A stretch of DNA of 64,000 bases from Kiritimatiellia bacterium. GTDB taxonomy: Bacteria > Verrucomicrobiota > Kiritimatiellia > UBA8416 > JABMPJ01. The stretch lies in the NCBI GenBank assembly GCA_016783675.1, contig JADHWE010000002.1, positions 19,690 to 83,689 of the forward strand, given 5' to 3'. The position numbers were made by a program, and so were the translations under genes. Below, in pieces: positions 9,265 to 18,479 of the stretch; within the stretch, counting starts at the first letter, position 1, and each line of letters begins with the position of its first letter. The notes under the pieces are model-generated. The model searched no databases. It saw nothing but the letters and a program-made list of their open reading frames with translations, and had not been told where the DNA came from.

Positions 9265-12063
9265 ATGTTTGGTCGATTCTTACGCGCTTCCACCTGCGTG
9301 TCCTGGCTTGTGATTTTATCCCTTGTGGCAGCAACATATGCGGTAGCGGATCCGCTGCAGCCGGAGACCCTCGAACAGATCGAGAAGAAGCTCGCGCAAT
9401 CCCCGAACGATACGGGGTTTCTCGCCACCAAGGGCGCCATGCAGCGCCAGGCACAGGACTACACGGGCGCCGCAAAGACCTACGATCGCATCCTGGCACT
9501 CACCCCGGATGACGCTCGTTCGCGCAATCTCCTCGTGATGGTGCTCCACAAAGCGGCCGAGGAAAGCGACCCGGCCCAAGCCCTTCCGCTCATGCGCCGC
9601 GCCGTATCGTTGGCTCCGGAGGCCGACTTCCTCAAGCCCGCCTACCTGACCGCGCTGCACGGCAGTGGCGCCACCAGCGAACTGGTTAAAGCCTATGAAG
9701 GGCTTCCGGAAGGCTACGAGCTGCCGGCGGCGATGCTCGTGGCCGTGGCCGATGCTTACCGCGAAGCCGGACAGCGCTCCGAGGCCGCCGCCATCTATCG
9801 CACGATTCTGGATGCCGCCCCGGCCGATGCCGATGCGGGTCTCGGGCTGGCCCTGGCCCTGCTCGACGATGAACGCTACCCCGATGCCCTGGAAGCCATT
9901 CAGCGTACGATCGGCTTGAACCCGCAACGTCCCACGCTCCTGCTCGCATTGGCCGCCATCCAATGGCAATCCGGCGGACGCGTGCTTGCGCTCGACACGT
10001 TTGACGAGATTCTCGAGCTCGACCCGCAAAACGCCGACGCGGTCAATCTGAAGGCCCAGCTCCTGTGCGACATGGGCTGCATCAGCCTGGCCCAGGAAGT
10101 CGTGACCGCCCACGCCCCGCTCATGTGGGTGCACGTCCGACGCCACGTGGAATCCAGCATGGCTGAGGCGCAGGCCGCCTGGAATGAAACGGGCGAGAAA
10201 GCCGAGCCCCTTCCGGAATTCGAGCCCGATGAGCTGCTGGCGCTGTGTTACTATGATGTAGCCGACCTCGAGAGCCGGGCCGCCACCGTCGTCAGCTCCA
10301 TCCGTTTTCTTCAGCACATCGAATACCTGCGCACGCACGACTACAACTTCGTGAGCGCGGGCGACGTGGTTGCCGCCCGTCGCGGTGAGCACAGCCTGCC
10401 GGACAACGCCGTGCTGCTCACCTTTGACCACGGATACGCCGGCATCATCAAGCACGTCATCCCCGTGCTTGAACTCTACAATATCCCGGCGATTGTCTCC
10501 GTGTGTCCGGCCTGGATCGAGAACGGGCCGCCCATGGACCTGAGCGGGCCCCTCATGTCGTGGGAGGAGATTGGACAGCTCGCCGGGCACCGCCTGGTGA
10601 CGCTGGGTCTTGAAGCCGAGGGCCTCTTCGAGCTTGTATGCGGCAACCCGCAAGGGGATGCCGGTTTCGCGGCCATGACGCGCATGTATGATGCCGCGAC
10701 GAAACGGTACGAGACGGAGGCGGAACAACGCTCGCGCATCCAGGCCACACTGGGCCATGCCCTGCGCCTGACCAAAGAGCGCGTCGGGTCACGGCCACGC
10801 GTGCTGGTATGGTCGCATGGCGCCCGCAACGCACCGGCCGCCGCCGAGGCGGAACGGCTGGGCTTCGTCCTACAGCTCGGGCTGCACGCACAGCCACATG
10901 TCACCGATACAGAGGAACTGGAACGCGTGCCGGTGCTGCATGGCCCCGCCGTGGGAAGGTTCATCGCTCTCGTGAAGCCGACGCCGCCTGCCATTCCGCA
11001 GGTACGGGCGGTCAGCGTTTCAATGGATGCGATCAACGCCCCCACCGAAACGGAGCTCGACGGCAACATCATCCGCCTGGCACAGCGACTGCGCAACGTG
11101 GGCGCCAACACGGTCATCCTCTCCGCCTGCGCCGATGCCGATGGCGACGGCAACGCCGAGGCCGCCTACTTCCCCACGGCGCAGCTCCCCGTGTTGCACG
11201 ACGCCCTTGACCATGTGGTGGCGCGACTGCAGGGCGCGCGCTTCCGCGTACTGCTTGAACTGCCCGTGCTCAGCTTTGAGCGCCCCGCCACCCCGCGCCA
11301 TGACACGATGCGGGTGATGGAAGCGCGGACCGCGGGTGTGCGGCCCTCCTTCTCGCTGCAGAAGCGGTACTCCCCCTTCCACCCCGATGTCACCTCGTGG
11401 ATTACCCAACTCTACCGCGACCTGGCCGGCCATGTCCGCTGCGACGGTATTGTGTTCGGTGAAGACGCCTACCTGACCGATAGCGAGGATTACAACGCGG
11501 CAGCACAGAAGGTCTATGCCGCCCGAATCGGAACGCCGACACCCGGAACCGAGACGCTCAGTCCGGCGCAGGAGCAAGCCTGGGTCCGGCTGAAGACCGA
11601 GACGCTTAACCGCCTGACGACACGCCTGGGCAAACACGTGCAGCGCTACCGCCCCCGCTGTGAACTGGCCCGGGCCGTTTTCGCCCCCCTACTCCACTAC
11701 CCGGAATCGGAACGCTGGTTCGCGCAGAACTACAAGGATGCACTCACACTCTACGACCACGTCCTGCTCATGGCCTACGCCGAAATGGAGGATATCCGCC
11801 GACCGGACGCTTGGCTCGCCAAGCTGGTCGATCTCGCCGATGCCGAAGATAACGGCCTGGAAAAGACCATCTTCATGCTGCAGGCCGTCGATTGGGAGAG
11901 ACACAAACCCGTCAAGGCCAGCAGCCTGCGCAGTCGACTGCGACACATGGCACACAGCGGCGCGCTGCACATGGCCTATGGTCCGGATGCCCCGCTTGGC
12001 GACGTACCCGCCGCCAATTCGATGAAACAGGCCCTCTCCGAGGATACGCGCGCGAGGAGATAA
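9265..12063 (+). CDS. Exported TPR-repeat + PgaB-like (CE4 deacetylase-like + GH153-like) fusion protein
   Basis: Signal peptide, several TPRs, then 'LPDNAVLLTFDHGY', 'LMSWEEI', 'DADGDGNAEAAYFP..LP', 'YSPFHP', 'LYRDLAGH..DGIVF', 'SERWFAQNY', 'LEKTIFMLQAVDW' matching the PgaB/HmsF layout; GGGAGG RBS before ATG 9265. Confidence 0.8.
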   Translation: MFGRFLRASTCVSWLVILSLVAATYAVADPLQPETLEQIEKKLAQSPNDTGFLATKGAMQRQAQDYTGAAKTYDRILALTPDDARSRNLLVMVLHKAAEESDPAQALPLMRRAVSLAPEADFLKPAYLTALHGSGATSELVKAYEGLPEGYELPAAMLVAVADAYREAGQRSEAAAIYRTILDAAPADADAGLGLALALLDDERYPDALEAIQRTIGLNPQRPTLLLALAAIQWQSGGRVLALDTFDEILELDPQNADAVNLKAQLLCDMGCISLAQEVVTAHAPLMWVHVRRHVESSMAEAQAAWNETGEKAEPLPEFEPDELLALCYYDVADLESRAATVVSSIRFLQHIEYLRTHDYNFVSAGDVVAARRGEHSLPDNAVLLTFDHGYAGIIKHVIPVLELYNIPAIVSVCPAWIENGPPMDLSGPLMSWEEIGQLAGHRLVTLGLEAEGLFELVCGNPQGDAGFAAMTRMYDAATKRYETEAEQRSRIQATLGHALRLTKERVGSRPRVLVWSHGARNAPAAAEAERLGFVLQLGLHAQPHVTDTEELERVPVLHGPAVGRFIALVKPTPPAIPQVRAVSVSMDAINAPTETELDGNIIRLAQRLRNVGANTVILSACADADGDGNAEAAYFPTAQLPVLHDALDHVVARLQGARFRVLLELPVLSFERPATPRHDTMRVMEARTAGVRPSFSLQKRYSPFHPDVTSWITQLYRDLAGHVRCDGIVFGEDAYLTDSEDYNAAAQKVYAARIGTPTPGTETLSPAQEQAWVRLKTETLNRLTTRLGKHVQRYRPRCELARAVFAPLLHYPESERWFAQNYKDALTLYDHVLLMAYAEMEDIRRPDAWLAKLVDLADAEDNGLEKTIFMLQAVDWERHKPVKASSLRSRLRHMAHSGALHMAYGPDAPLGDVPAANSMKQALSEDTRARR

Positions 12064-12179
12064 GGCATTTTTAGTTCTTGAACTGGTTGCGTGTCCTGTT
12101 CATATTGAGAATGAAAACAGATGCAAACACGGTGAGCTTGCTTACCTTTATATTTACCTCCATGAAGGGAGGCAGAGTT

Positions 12180-12629
12180 ATGAAGACCACATGGTGGGGC
12201 GTTTTTGCGCGCCTGGTCACGGTCGTACTGCTGGCAGGAATATGTCTGCCGGTTGGTAACGCCTTGGCTGCAAAGGGAACAGTCAGAAAATGGCGTGTAC
12301 CGATCGTGATGGAGAAAGCGACCGTACGCGGTAAGATTGTCGTACTTGAGACACGCGTCAAAGAGCGAACGATTATCCAGGGGCTTCGGGTTCAGGTTTG
12401 GACATGGAAAGAGAATGCCAGCGGGAAGACCGTCCCGGACAAGCTGCTTCACGAGACGAAGACGGATCGTGACGGGTTTTTCTCGCTGCCGGTCATCGAC
12501 AACGGGAACTACCTTCTCGTGGTTGGCGACCTCTACCTGAAACTCACCGTTGTAGCGCCGACGATCGTCAAGCAGGGCCAGCAGGAACCTAAGATTCTGT
12601 TGATTCTGCTGCCCAAAGAAGTCATCTAG
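12180..12629 (+). CDS. Secreted hypothetical protein, prealbumin-like/carboxypeptidase-regulatory-like beta sandwich
   Basis: Signal peptide (ALA-A), 'TVRGKIV' and 'TKTDRDGFFSLP...GNYLLVV' motifs; GGGAGG RBS. Confidence 0.65.
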   Translation: MKTTWWGVFARLVTVVLLAGICLPVGNALAAKGTVRKWRVPIVMEKATVRGKIVVLETRVKERTIIQGLRVQVWTWKENASGKTVPDKLLHETKTDRDGFFSLPVIDNGNYLLVVGDLYLKLTVVAPTIVKQGQQEPKILLILLPKEVI

Positions 12630-12658
12630 CGATTCGTGATGCGGGATGCGGGCACAGC

Positions 12659-12877
12659 CTAATGTGAACGTTTCCGTGGGGGCGGTCGCTTTCCGCATTT
12701 TGACTTCCCTCGTGCGTTGCAGCCGCCATGCGGTCGCTTCAGGCATTCGACACAGCGAGCGTCACTACACATCTGGCAGCTAAAGCAGTCGCGACAGTTG
12801 TGCTTCTTCTCTCCGACGGGTTGGGGGTCTGGCTGCCACACCAACCCATCCAGCCCACGCATCTTTATCCATGCCAT
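12659..12877 (-). CDS. Small Cys-rich hypothetical protein
   Basis: MAWIKMRGLDGLVWQPD...KKHNCRDCFSCQMCSDARCVECL; co-oriented after the Ldh2 gene. Confidence 0.6.
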   Translation of the reverse strand: MAWIKMRGLDGLVWQPDPQPVGEKKHNCRDCFSCQMCSDARCVECLKRPHGGCNARGKSKCGKRPPPRKRSH

Positions 12878-12930
12878 ACTCGTATCCCTTATCACGCATC
12901 TGCCGCACACGGTGCCCCAGCCAGTCCTCC

Positions 12931-14046
12931 TTACTCAAACGCGAACCGGTATCCATCCAGACCCAGCTCGTCACGCATCGTGATGATCTGTTTCTGCAGC
13001 TCGGTGCCCAGCGGTACGCCGGAGTCCTTCCGTTCAAGCCAGGCCAAGTGCTCCTTCTCGCCGCAGGTGTAGATCCGCTCCGCCCCCGGCGCCTTCTGTG
13101 AGCCGCGCAAGGCACGCAGGATATCACCGGTTGTCTTCTTGAATGCCTCCAGCTCGGTAAAGGCCGAGATATTGACCGCCATGAAGAAGTGGCCCAGCCG
13201 ATAGGGCACACGATTACCGTCCGCATCGAACCCCGAGAGTTGTTTCAGGAAAGCGCCCTGCTGCAATGCGGCTGACAGGATCTCCACCACGGTGGCATAC
13301 CCATACCCCTTGTAGCCGGCCGTTTCCTCGCCGATCCCGCCGACGGGCACCAGTGCCGCCGTGCCGGCCACGAGTTCGTCCAGGACCGCCTCGGCATCCG
13401 TGCGTGTGCGGCCTTCACGATCGATCACCCAGCCGGCCGGCAGTGCTTTGCCTTCGCGTGCATATTGCTCGATCTTGCCGCGCTGCGAGACGGATGTCGC
13501 ATAGTCATTCGTGAAAGGAAATGGCTCATCGGTAGGGAAGGCAAATACCAACGGGTTCGTGCCCAGCATGTTCTCCACGCCGAAGGTCGGCGCGATGGAC
13601 GGGCGCGCATTCGTGCCGCACATCCCCAGCATACCGGCGTTGCAGGCCATGAGGGGGTAATAGCCGGCGATCCCGTAGTGGGTCGAATCACGCGCCACCA
13701 CCATCCCGATGCCGAACTCCGCGGCCTTGTCGATCGCCATTTGCATGCAGCGTTTGGCGATCACCATGCCCATGCCGTGATGTCCATCCACCACGGCCGT
13801 GGCGCCCAGTTCCCGCACAATCTCGAACTCGGTGACGGGGACCTGGACCTTGTGATGAACGATCCGGTCATAGTAGATCGGCTTGAGCCGCCCCACCCCA
13901 TGTGAGTCAATACCGCGCTTGTCCGCCGCAATCAGAACGTCGGCGCACACCGCCGCATCCTCCGCCGGTACACCAAGCCCCTTAAACACATCCACCATGA
14001 ACGCTTCCATGGCATCAAAGTCCATGCAACAGATGTTGTCAGTCAT
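12931..14046 (-). CDS. Ldh2 family (type 2 malate/L-lactate dehydrogenase) oxidoreductase
   Basis: 'ADKRGIDSHG', 'STHYGIAGYY', 'LGTNPL', 'GYKGYG' Ldh_2 motifs; AAGGA RBS before ATG 14046. Confidence 0.9.
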   Translation of the reverse strand: MTDNICCMDFDAMEAFMVDVFKGLGVPAEDAAVCADVLIAADKRGIDSHGVGRLKPIYYDRIVHHKVQVPVTEFEIVRELGATAVVDGHHGMGMVIAKRCMQMAIDKAAEFGIGMVVARDSTHYGIAGYYPLMACNAGMLGMCGTNARPSIAPTFGVENMLGTNPLVFAFPTDEPFPFTNDYATSVSQRGKIEQYAREGKALPAGWVIDREGRTRTDAEAVLDELVAGTAALVPVGGIGEETAGYKGYGYATVVEILSAALQQGAFLKQLSGFDADGNRVPYRLGHFFMAVNISAFTELEAFKKTTGDILRALRGSQKAPGAERIYTCGEKEHLAWLERKDSGVPLGTELQKQIITMRDELGLDGYRFAFE

Positions 14047-14081
14047 TTCTGGATTCCTTTCCTTTTCAAGACACCGCGCGC

Positions 14082-14224
14082 TCAATAGCCAATACTCAGC
14101 AAGGAATATCCAATCTCCAAATGAGCGAGAGAGGAGCATGACAGATGTTGACGCTCTGCATTCGCCTTCCCTCGCTCTCCGGCCTTGGCCGGTTGGATAT
14201 TCCTTGTTGGATGTTGGCTATTGA
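14082..14224. repeat. ~140-bp MITE-like element with heptamer-rich imperfect terminal inverted repeats (copy 1)
   Basis: tcaatagccaatactcagcaaggaatatccaa ... ttggatattccttgttggatgttggctattga; its right end supplies the pabB-C stop codon. Confidence 0.75.
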
Positions 14225-15972
14225 AAAGATACCTCCCACATCCCTCTCACCGAGTTCACGAGACACACTCTCGTGCAACGCGCCAGATCATCACGACGCA
14301 CCACCGCTTCACTGGCGGCGCCACTCGTCAGCAGAAACTCGCGATAGACGCCCGGCAGCAACCCGCAGCGCACCGGCGGCGTAACCAGCTTGCCGTCCAG
14401 TTCCACCACGATGTTGGCAATCGTTGACTCGGTCAACTCGCCCTCTGCATTCCACAGCAGGACGTCGTCCACATCAGGATGCGCCGCGCGTGCTTCTTTA
14501 TATACCCTACGATGCGTGGTTTTGTGAAACAGGAATCGATCATCCGCATCTACCGCTCGCGCCGCCAGGCACACGCGATAGGGGTCCGGCAACGCCTTCA
14601 ACGGTGCGCTTGCCACGTTCGCGCGTCCATCGGGCCCGACGGTCAGACGGACCTTGTGCGCCTCACCGGACAGGCGGTCCGCCTCGGCTTGCAGGGCCTT
14701 GCGGACGGTTTCGATGTCGATGAGCCATCCAAAATAGTCGGCTGATGCCTGGAGACGGGCCACATGTTTCTCCGGCAGAAGATAGCCCGTGCCCGGCACC
14801 CAGAGCAGCGACTCCAGCAACTCAAACGCCGGCGCGGGCGACCTCAGCACCGCCGCCTTGGTATAGCACTCGGCCAGCTCGGCGATATCGGAGCTGTCCC
14901 ACACGATACCGCCCCCCACCCCGTACTCGGCCGTGTCACATGTCCGGTCCACCAACGCGGAGCGGATCGCCACGTTGAACTGAGCCTCGCGTCCGGGCGC
15001 GAGGTATCCGATGGTCCCGGTGTAGATCCGCCGCGGTGACTCTTCCAGCTCCGTGATGATCTCCATGGTCTGCGCTTTCGGCGCCCCCGTAATGGATGCG
15101 GCGGGAAAGAGCGCGCGGAAGATATCCGGCAGGCCAGCGTCGGTCTGCCCGTGGACGGTGCTGGTCATCTGCAGCACGGTGGGATAGCGCTCGACGTCGA
15201 ACAGCTTGATGACCTCCACCGTGCCCGCGTCCGCGATACGCCCGAGGTCGTTGCGCACCATGTCGACAATCATGACGTTCTCGGCGCGATCCTTGGCCGA
15301 CTGCTGCAGCTCGCGTGCGCGGGCAACATCTTCATCCAGCCACCTCCCGCGCGGACGCGTGCCTTTCATGGGCCGTGAGATGATGTCGCGACCGTTGAGC
15401 CGGAAGAAAAGCTCCGGCGAGGCACTGCACAAGATCCAGTCGCCCGCATCAACATAGGCCGCGTAGCCGACCGATGCCCCGCCAACCATGTGACCAAAGA
15501 GTGTCCACGCATCGACCGGCGCATCAGCGCGCAGCCGGAACGAGAAGTTAACCTGGTAGGTGTCGCCCGCGGCAATGTAGTCGCGCACGCGCGCAATCGC
15601 GGCGTGGTAGGCGTCGTCATTGAGCGACGGTTGCCAGTCCTGACCGGCGTCTTGGGCGACATCGGCTTCCGGAGCGGCAACCGGCTCACCGTCCGTGTAG
15701 AGCCCAAACCATGCCAGCGGAAACTCGGGCGGAGGATGGGTCTTCAGCGCCGGATCGCACGCGGCAGCAGCTTCGTATGCGACGAACCCGGCCGCCGTCA
15801 GTCCCTCCGTTTCCACGGCGGCTTCGGCCGCCTCCAGAAGAGGGATAACCTCCGACAGTTCACGGGCCACCAGGATGCGGACGGGATCGCTGTAGCGGAC
15901 CCAGCGCTTCCGCCAGGGATCCTGCAACACAACGGTATTGACGCTGGGCCTGCCGGACTGCGCCATGCTCAC
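14218..15972 (-). CDS. pabB: Aminodeoxychorismate synthase component I fused to a class IV aminotransferase/ADC lyase domain (PabB-PabC)
   Basis: 'GDTYQVN', 'SPELFF', 'RPMKGT', 'KDRAENVMIVDMVRNDL', 'SITGAPK', then 'FLFHKTT', 'GELTE', 'CGLLPG', 'NSVRG'. Confidence 0.9.
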   Translation of the reverse strand: MSMAQSGRPSVNTVVLQDPWRKRWVRYSDPVRILVARELSEVIPLLEAAEAAVETEGLTAAGFVAYEAAAACDPALKTHPPPEFPLAWFGLYTDGEPVAAPEADVAQDAGQDWQPSLNDDAYHAAIARVRDYIAAGDTYQVNFSFRLRADAPVDAWTLFGHMVGGASVGYAAYVDAGDWILCSASPELFFRLNGRDIISRPMKGTRPRGRWLDEDVARARELQQSAKDRAENVMIVDMVRNDLGRIADAGTVEVIKLFDVERYPTVLQMTSTVHGQTDAGLPDIFRALFPAASITGAPKAQTMEIITELEESPRRIYTGTIGYLAPGREAQFNVAIRSALVDRTCDTAEYGVGGGIVWDSSDIAELAECYTKAAVLRSPAPAFELLESLLWVPGTGYLLPEKHVARLQASADYFGWLIDIETVRKALQAEADRLSGEAHKVRLTVGPDGRANVASAPLKALPDPYRVCLAARAVDADDRFLFHKTTHRRVYKEARAAHPDVDDVLLWNAEGELTESTIANIVVELDGKLVTPPVRCGLLPGVYREFLLTSGAASEAVVRRDDLARCTRVCLVNSVRGMWEVSFQ

Positions 15973-16496
15973 TCCAGGCCCAGGATGCGCCGCACGTTTT
16001 CGCGGCAGTGGATGATATGATGATCGGGCATGTCGACGTCGCCCATCATGCTCAACAGGGAGTCGTCATCGACATCGAGCATGGAGATGATGCTGATCAC
16101 TTCTTTCTCGTGCGGATCATCCGTCGACTGCAGTAACTCCATCGTGGGCACATGGTCGACATGACGTTTCTTGACCCACGGCCGCATCTCCTGCTCCGGG
16201 ATTTGACAGAAGCAGTGGGAAGGATCCACGAAACCGGATTCCGACAGCCGGATGCGTCCGCCTGTAGGTTCGCGCGGCTCGGGCGCAGGCGCCGGCTCCA
16301 TCTGCGGAATTTTGGCGAACTTGAAGGCTAAGAGAATGACGATCGTCCACGTTACGCCCGTCAGCATGAAGCAGGGGCCCATCACCAACAGCGCGAACTC
16401 ATCGAAGACTTTCCACAACACCAGCAACAGCAGGCCCAGGAGAAAACTGACCGCACCCACGGCCAGGAAGGTCGTGCGCTGCTTCTGTCCGATCAT
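15969..16496 (-). CDS. Hypothetical membrane protein (2 N-terminal TM + soluble His/Cys-containing domain)
   Basis: Two hydrophobic segments; 4-nt overlap with the pabB start. Confidence 0.65.
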   Translation of the reverse strand: MIGQKQRTTFLAVGAVSFLLGLLLLVLWKVFDEFALLVMGPCFMLTGVTWTIVILLAFKFAKIPQMEPAPAPEPREPTGGRIRLSESGFVDPSHCFCQIPEQEMRPWVKKRHVDHVPTMELLQSTDDPHEKEVISIISMLDVDDDSLLSMMGDVDMPDHHIIHCRENVRRILGLE

Positions 16497-16616
16497 TGGG
16501 GGATCCTTACCCGGTAGAACCCAGCGGCAGCCGCACCAAGCAGTATACCCCGTTTAGTCATGTCTAAAGATTACGCCGGACGACGCAACAGTTCAATGCC
16601 CTTTATCGTGGCCTCC

Positions 16617-16859
16617 TCAAGTCATGATGACCAGGGCCACGTACGGGATAACGTTGAAGACGAACCAGAGCATCTTGTAGACGCCAAGGAAGCCGTAGAG
16701 CATGGCGTTAAACGTTTCCCGCGGTATGTCATACCACGTGCTGTGCACCCGATAGACCCAGCCCGTCCCCCGTGTACAGAGCAGAAACGACAGCATCAGC
16801 AACGCAAAGTTCAGGACCGTGCACCACATGAAGAATGTCCGAACCACAAGGATATCCAT
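16617..16859 (-). CDS. Small membrane protein (DUF6868-like)
   Basis: 'FFMWCTVLNFALL...VYRVHSTWY...GVYKMLWFVFNVIPYVAL' pattern; GGGGG RBS. Confidence 0.7.
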   Translation of the reverse strand: MDILVVRTFFMWCTVLNFALLMLSFLLCTRGTGWVYRVHSTWYDIPRETFNAMLYGFLGVYKMLWFVFNVIPYVALVIMT

Positions 16860-17033
16860 GACACACCCCCTTTCGGCTCCACTCTACTGCGTCAGCGCGG
16901 AAGCCTCAACCCTTTCTTCCTGACTTTCTTCCTGCCTCTGATTCCTTGACTTCTTGGGCTCGCTTGGGACACGGTTATGCTATCTTAAATATGTCGCGTG
17001 ACTGGAATCTGCTTCGTGCGAGGGGCGGAAAGG

Positions 17034-18479
17034 ATGATGATGCGCAGTTGGTTGGTGCTTGTCGGCACAATGGTCCTGGCGTTCACGATGATCGCCCAAG
17101 CTGAAGACGCGTTCCGCAACGAGGAAGGCGAAACGGCGCTGCAGGTGGCCCTGAGAGAGGGCAAACGGGAAGCGGTCATGGCACTGCTGACCGAAACTCA
17201 GGCCGCCTACGTTGAGACGTTTGCGCGCGGCACCGCCCAGCAGCCGGACCCGCTTTCACGACAGGAACTCGATCGGGCCTGGGGTGTTCTGCTGGACCTG
17301 ATGCGCGAACACCCGCGTGTGCCGCAACTCAACTTCGTCATCGGGATGCTTGCCGAAAAGCGTAACGACCTGGCCCGGGCCGAACTCGCCTTTGAGCGCG
17401 CTCTGCAGGCCTCGCCGGGCAATCATCGCGCAAGCCTGGAGCTTGCGCGAATCTGCGCACTGTCGGGCCGACACGATGTCGCGCGCCGCCACTACGAGCA
17501 CGTGCTGGCGCAGGATCCGCCCGCCGCTGTGGCAGGCAATGTCAGAGAACAATTGAGCAAACTCGACCGCATGGACAAACGATTCCACATCTCGACGCGC
17601 TTTGATGCAGGCGCCATCTCAGACGACAATGTGAACGTAGGCCCCAGAGATGACGACATCGCCGTCTCGCCACTCACCGTGGGCTCAACCGTTTTCACCG
17701 AGCTCTCCGTAGCACCCGAGTCTCAACCCATTGACGCGAGCGGAGCCTATGCAGCCGCCACGATAGAAATGCTCTATGACTTCGGGCGCTCCGGGGGCTG
17801 GGGGTGGACCACAGACCTGAACTACTACGAAAACTGGCTGGATAAGGAAGAGGAGGACACCCGCTTTGCAAAGGTGGCGTTTGGCGTCAAGCGGGCCACA
17901 AAGAGAAGTCTCTTCAAGGGCAATCTGTATACGGGGCGCATCTGGTTGGGGTCAGACCCGCTCGTCGACACGATTGGGCTACAACCAGCCTACCTGCTCA
18001 CGTTTAAGCCGGGCGGGCGCAGCCTGTACTGGATTTCGGCACTGCAGATAGAACAGCGTGATTATGACACGCGTGATGTCTACGACGGGCTATATATAGG
18101 GATCGAACAGACCGCTCGCCTGATGCTGACCGACCATGCTTCGGTCTACGCCGGGCTGCGCCTTGCCGACAAGGATGCCGATGAACCCGTTTTTGCCTAC
18201 AGTGGTCTTTCCGGGGTCACGGGCACAACCCTCACCTGGAAGCGCCTGCGTCTGTATGCATCGGCTCGCTACACCCGCAACGACTACGATGCGCGTGAAA
18301 CGCTGGCGCCAGAAGATCGCGCGGACAAGATCTGGTCACTTAACGCCAAGGCCCGGCTGAGACTGTTCAGAAACACCGGGATTGAAGTGAAGCAACAGTA
18401 CACGGAGAGCGAATCCACATTTGACCTGTATGACTATGAACGCAGCGTGACCATGGTGGGTCTGTGGGGGAGGTTCTGA
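17034..18479 (+). CDS. TPR + DUF560 outer-membrane beta-barrel (Slam / type XI secretion-like)
   Basis: Signal peptide, TPRs ('AELAFERAL', 'ASLELAR'), 'DDNVNVGP' barrel start, alternating strands, 'DLYDYER' and C-terminal Phe. Confidence 0.78.
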   Translation: MMMRSWLVLVGTMVLAFTMIAQAEDAFRNEEGETALQVALREGKREAVMALLTETQAAYVETFARGTAQQPDPLSRQELDRAWGVLLDLMREHPRVPQLNFVIGMLAEKRNDLARAELAFERALQASPGNHRASLELARICALSGRHDVARRHYEHVLAQDPPAAVAGNVREQLSKLDRMDKRFHISTRFDAGAISDDNVNVGPRDDDIAVSPLTVGSTVFTELSVAPESQPIDASGAYAAATIEMLYDFGRSGGWGWTTDLNYYENWLDKEEEDTRFAKVAFGVKRATKRSLFKGNLYTGRIWLGSDPLVDTIGLQPAYLLTFKPGGRSLYWISALQIEQRDYDTRDVYDGLYIGIEQTARLMLTDHASVYAGLRLADKDADEPVFAYSGLSGVTGTTLTWKRLRLYASARYTRNDYDARETLAPEDRADKIWSLNAKARLRLFRNTGIEVKQQYTESESTFDLYDYERSVTMVGLWGRF

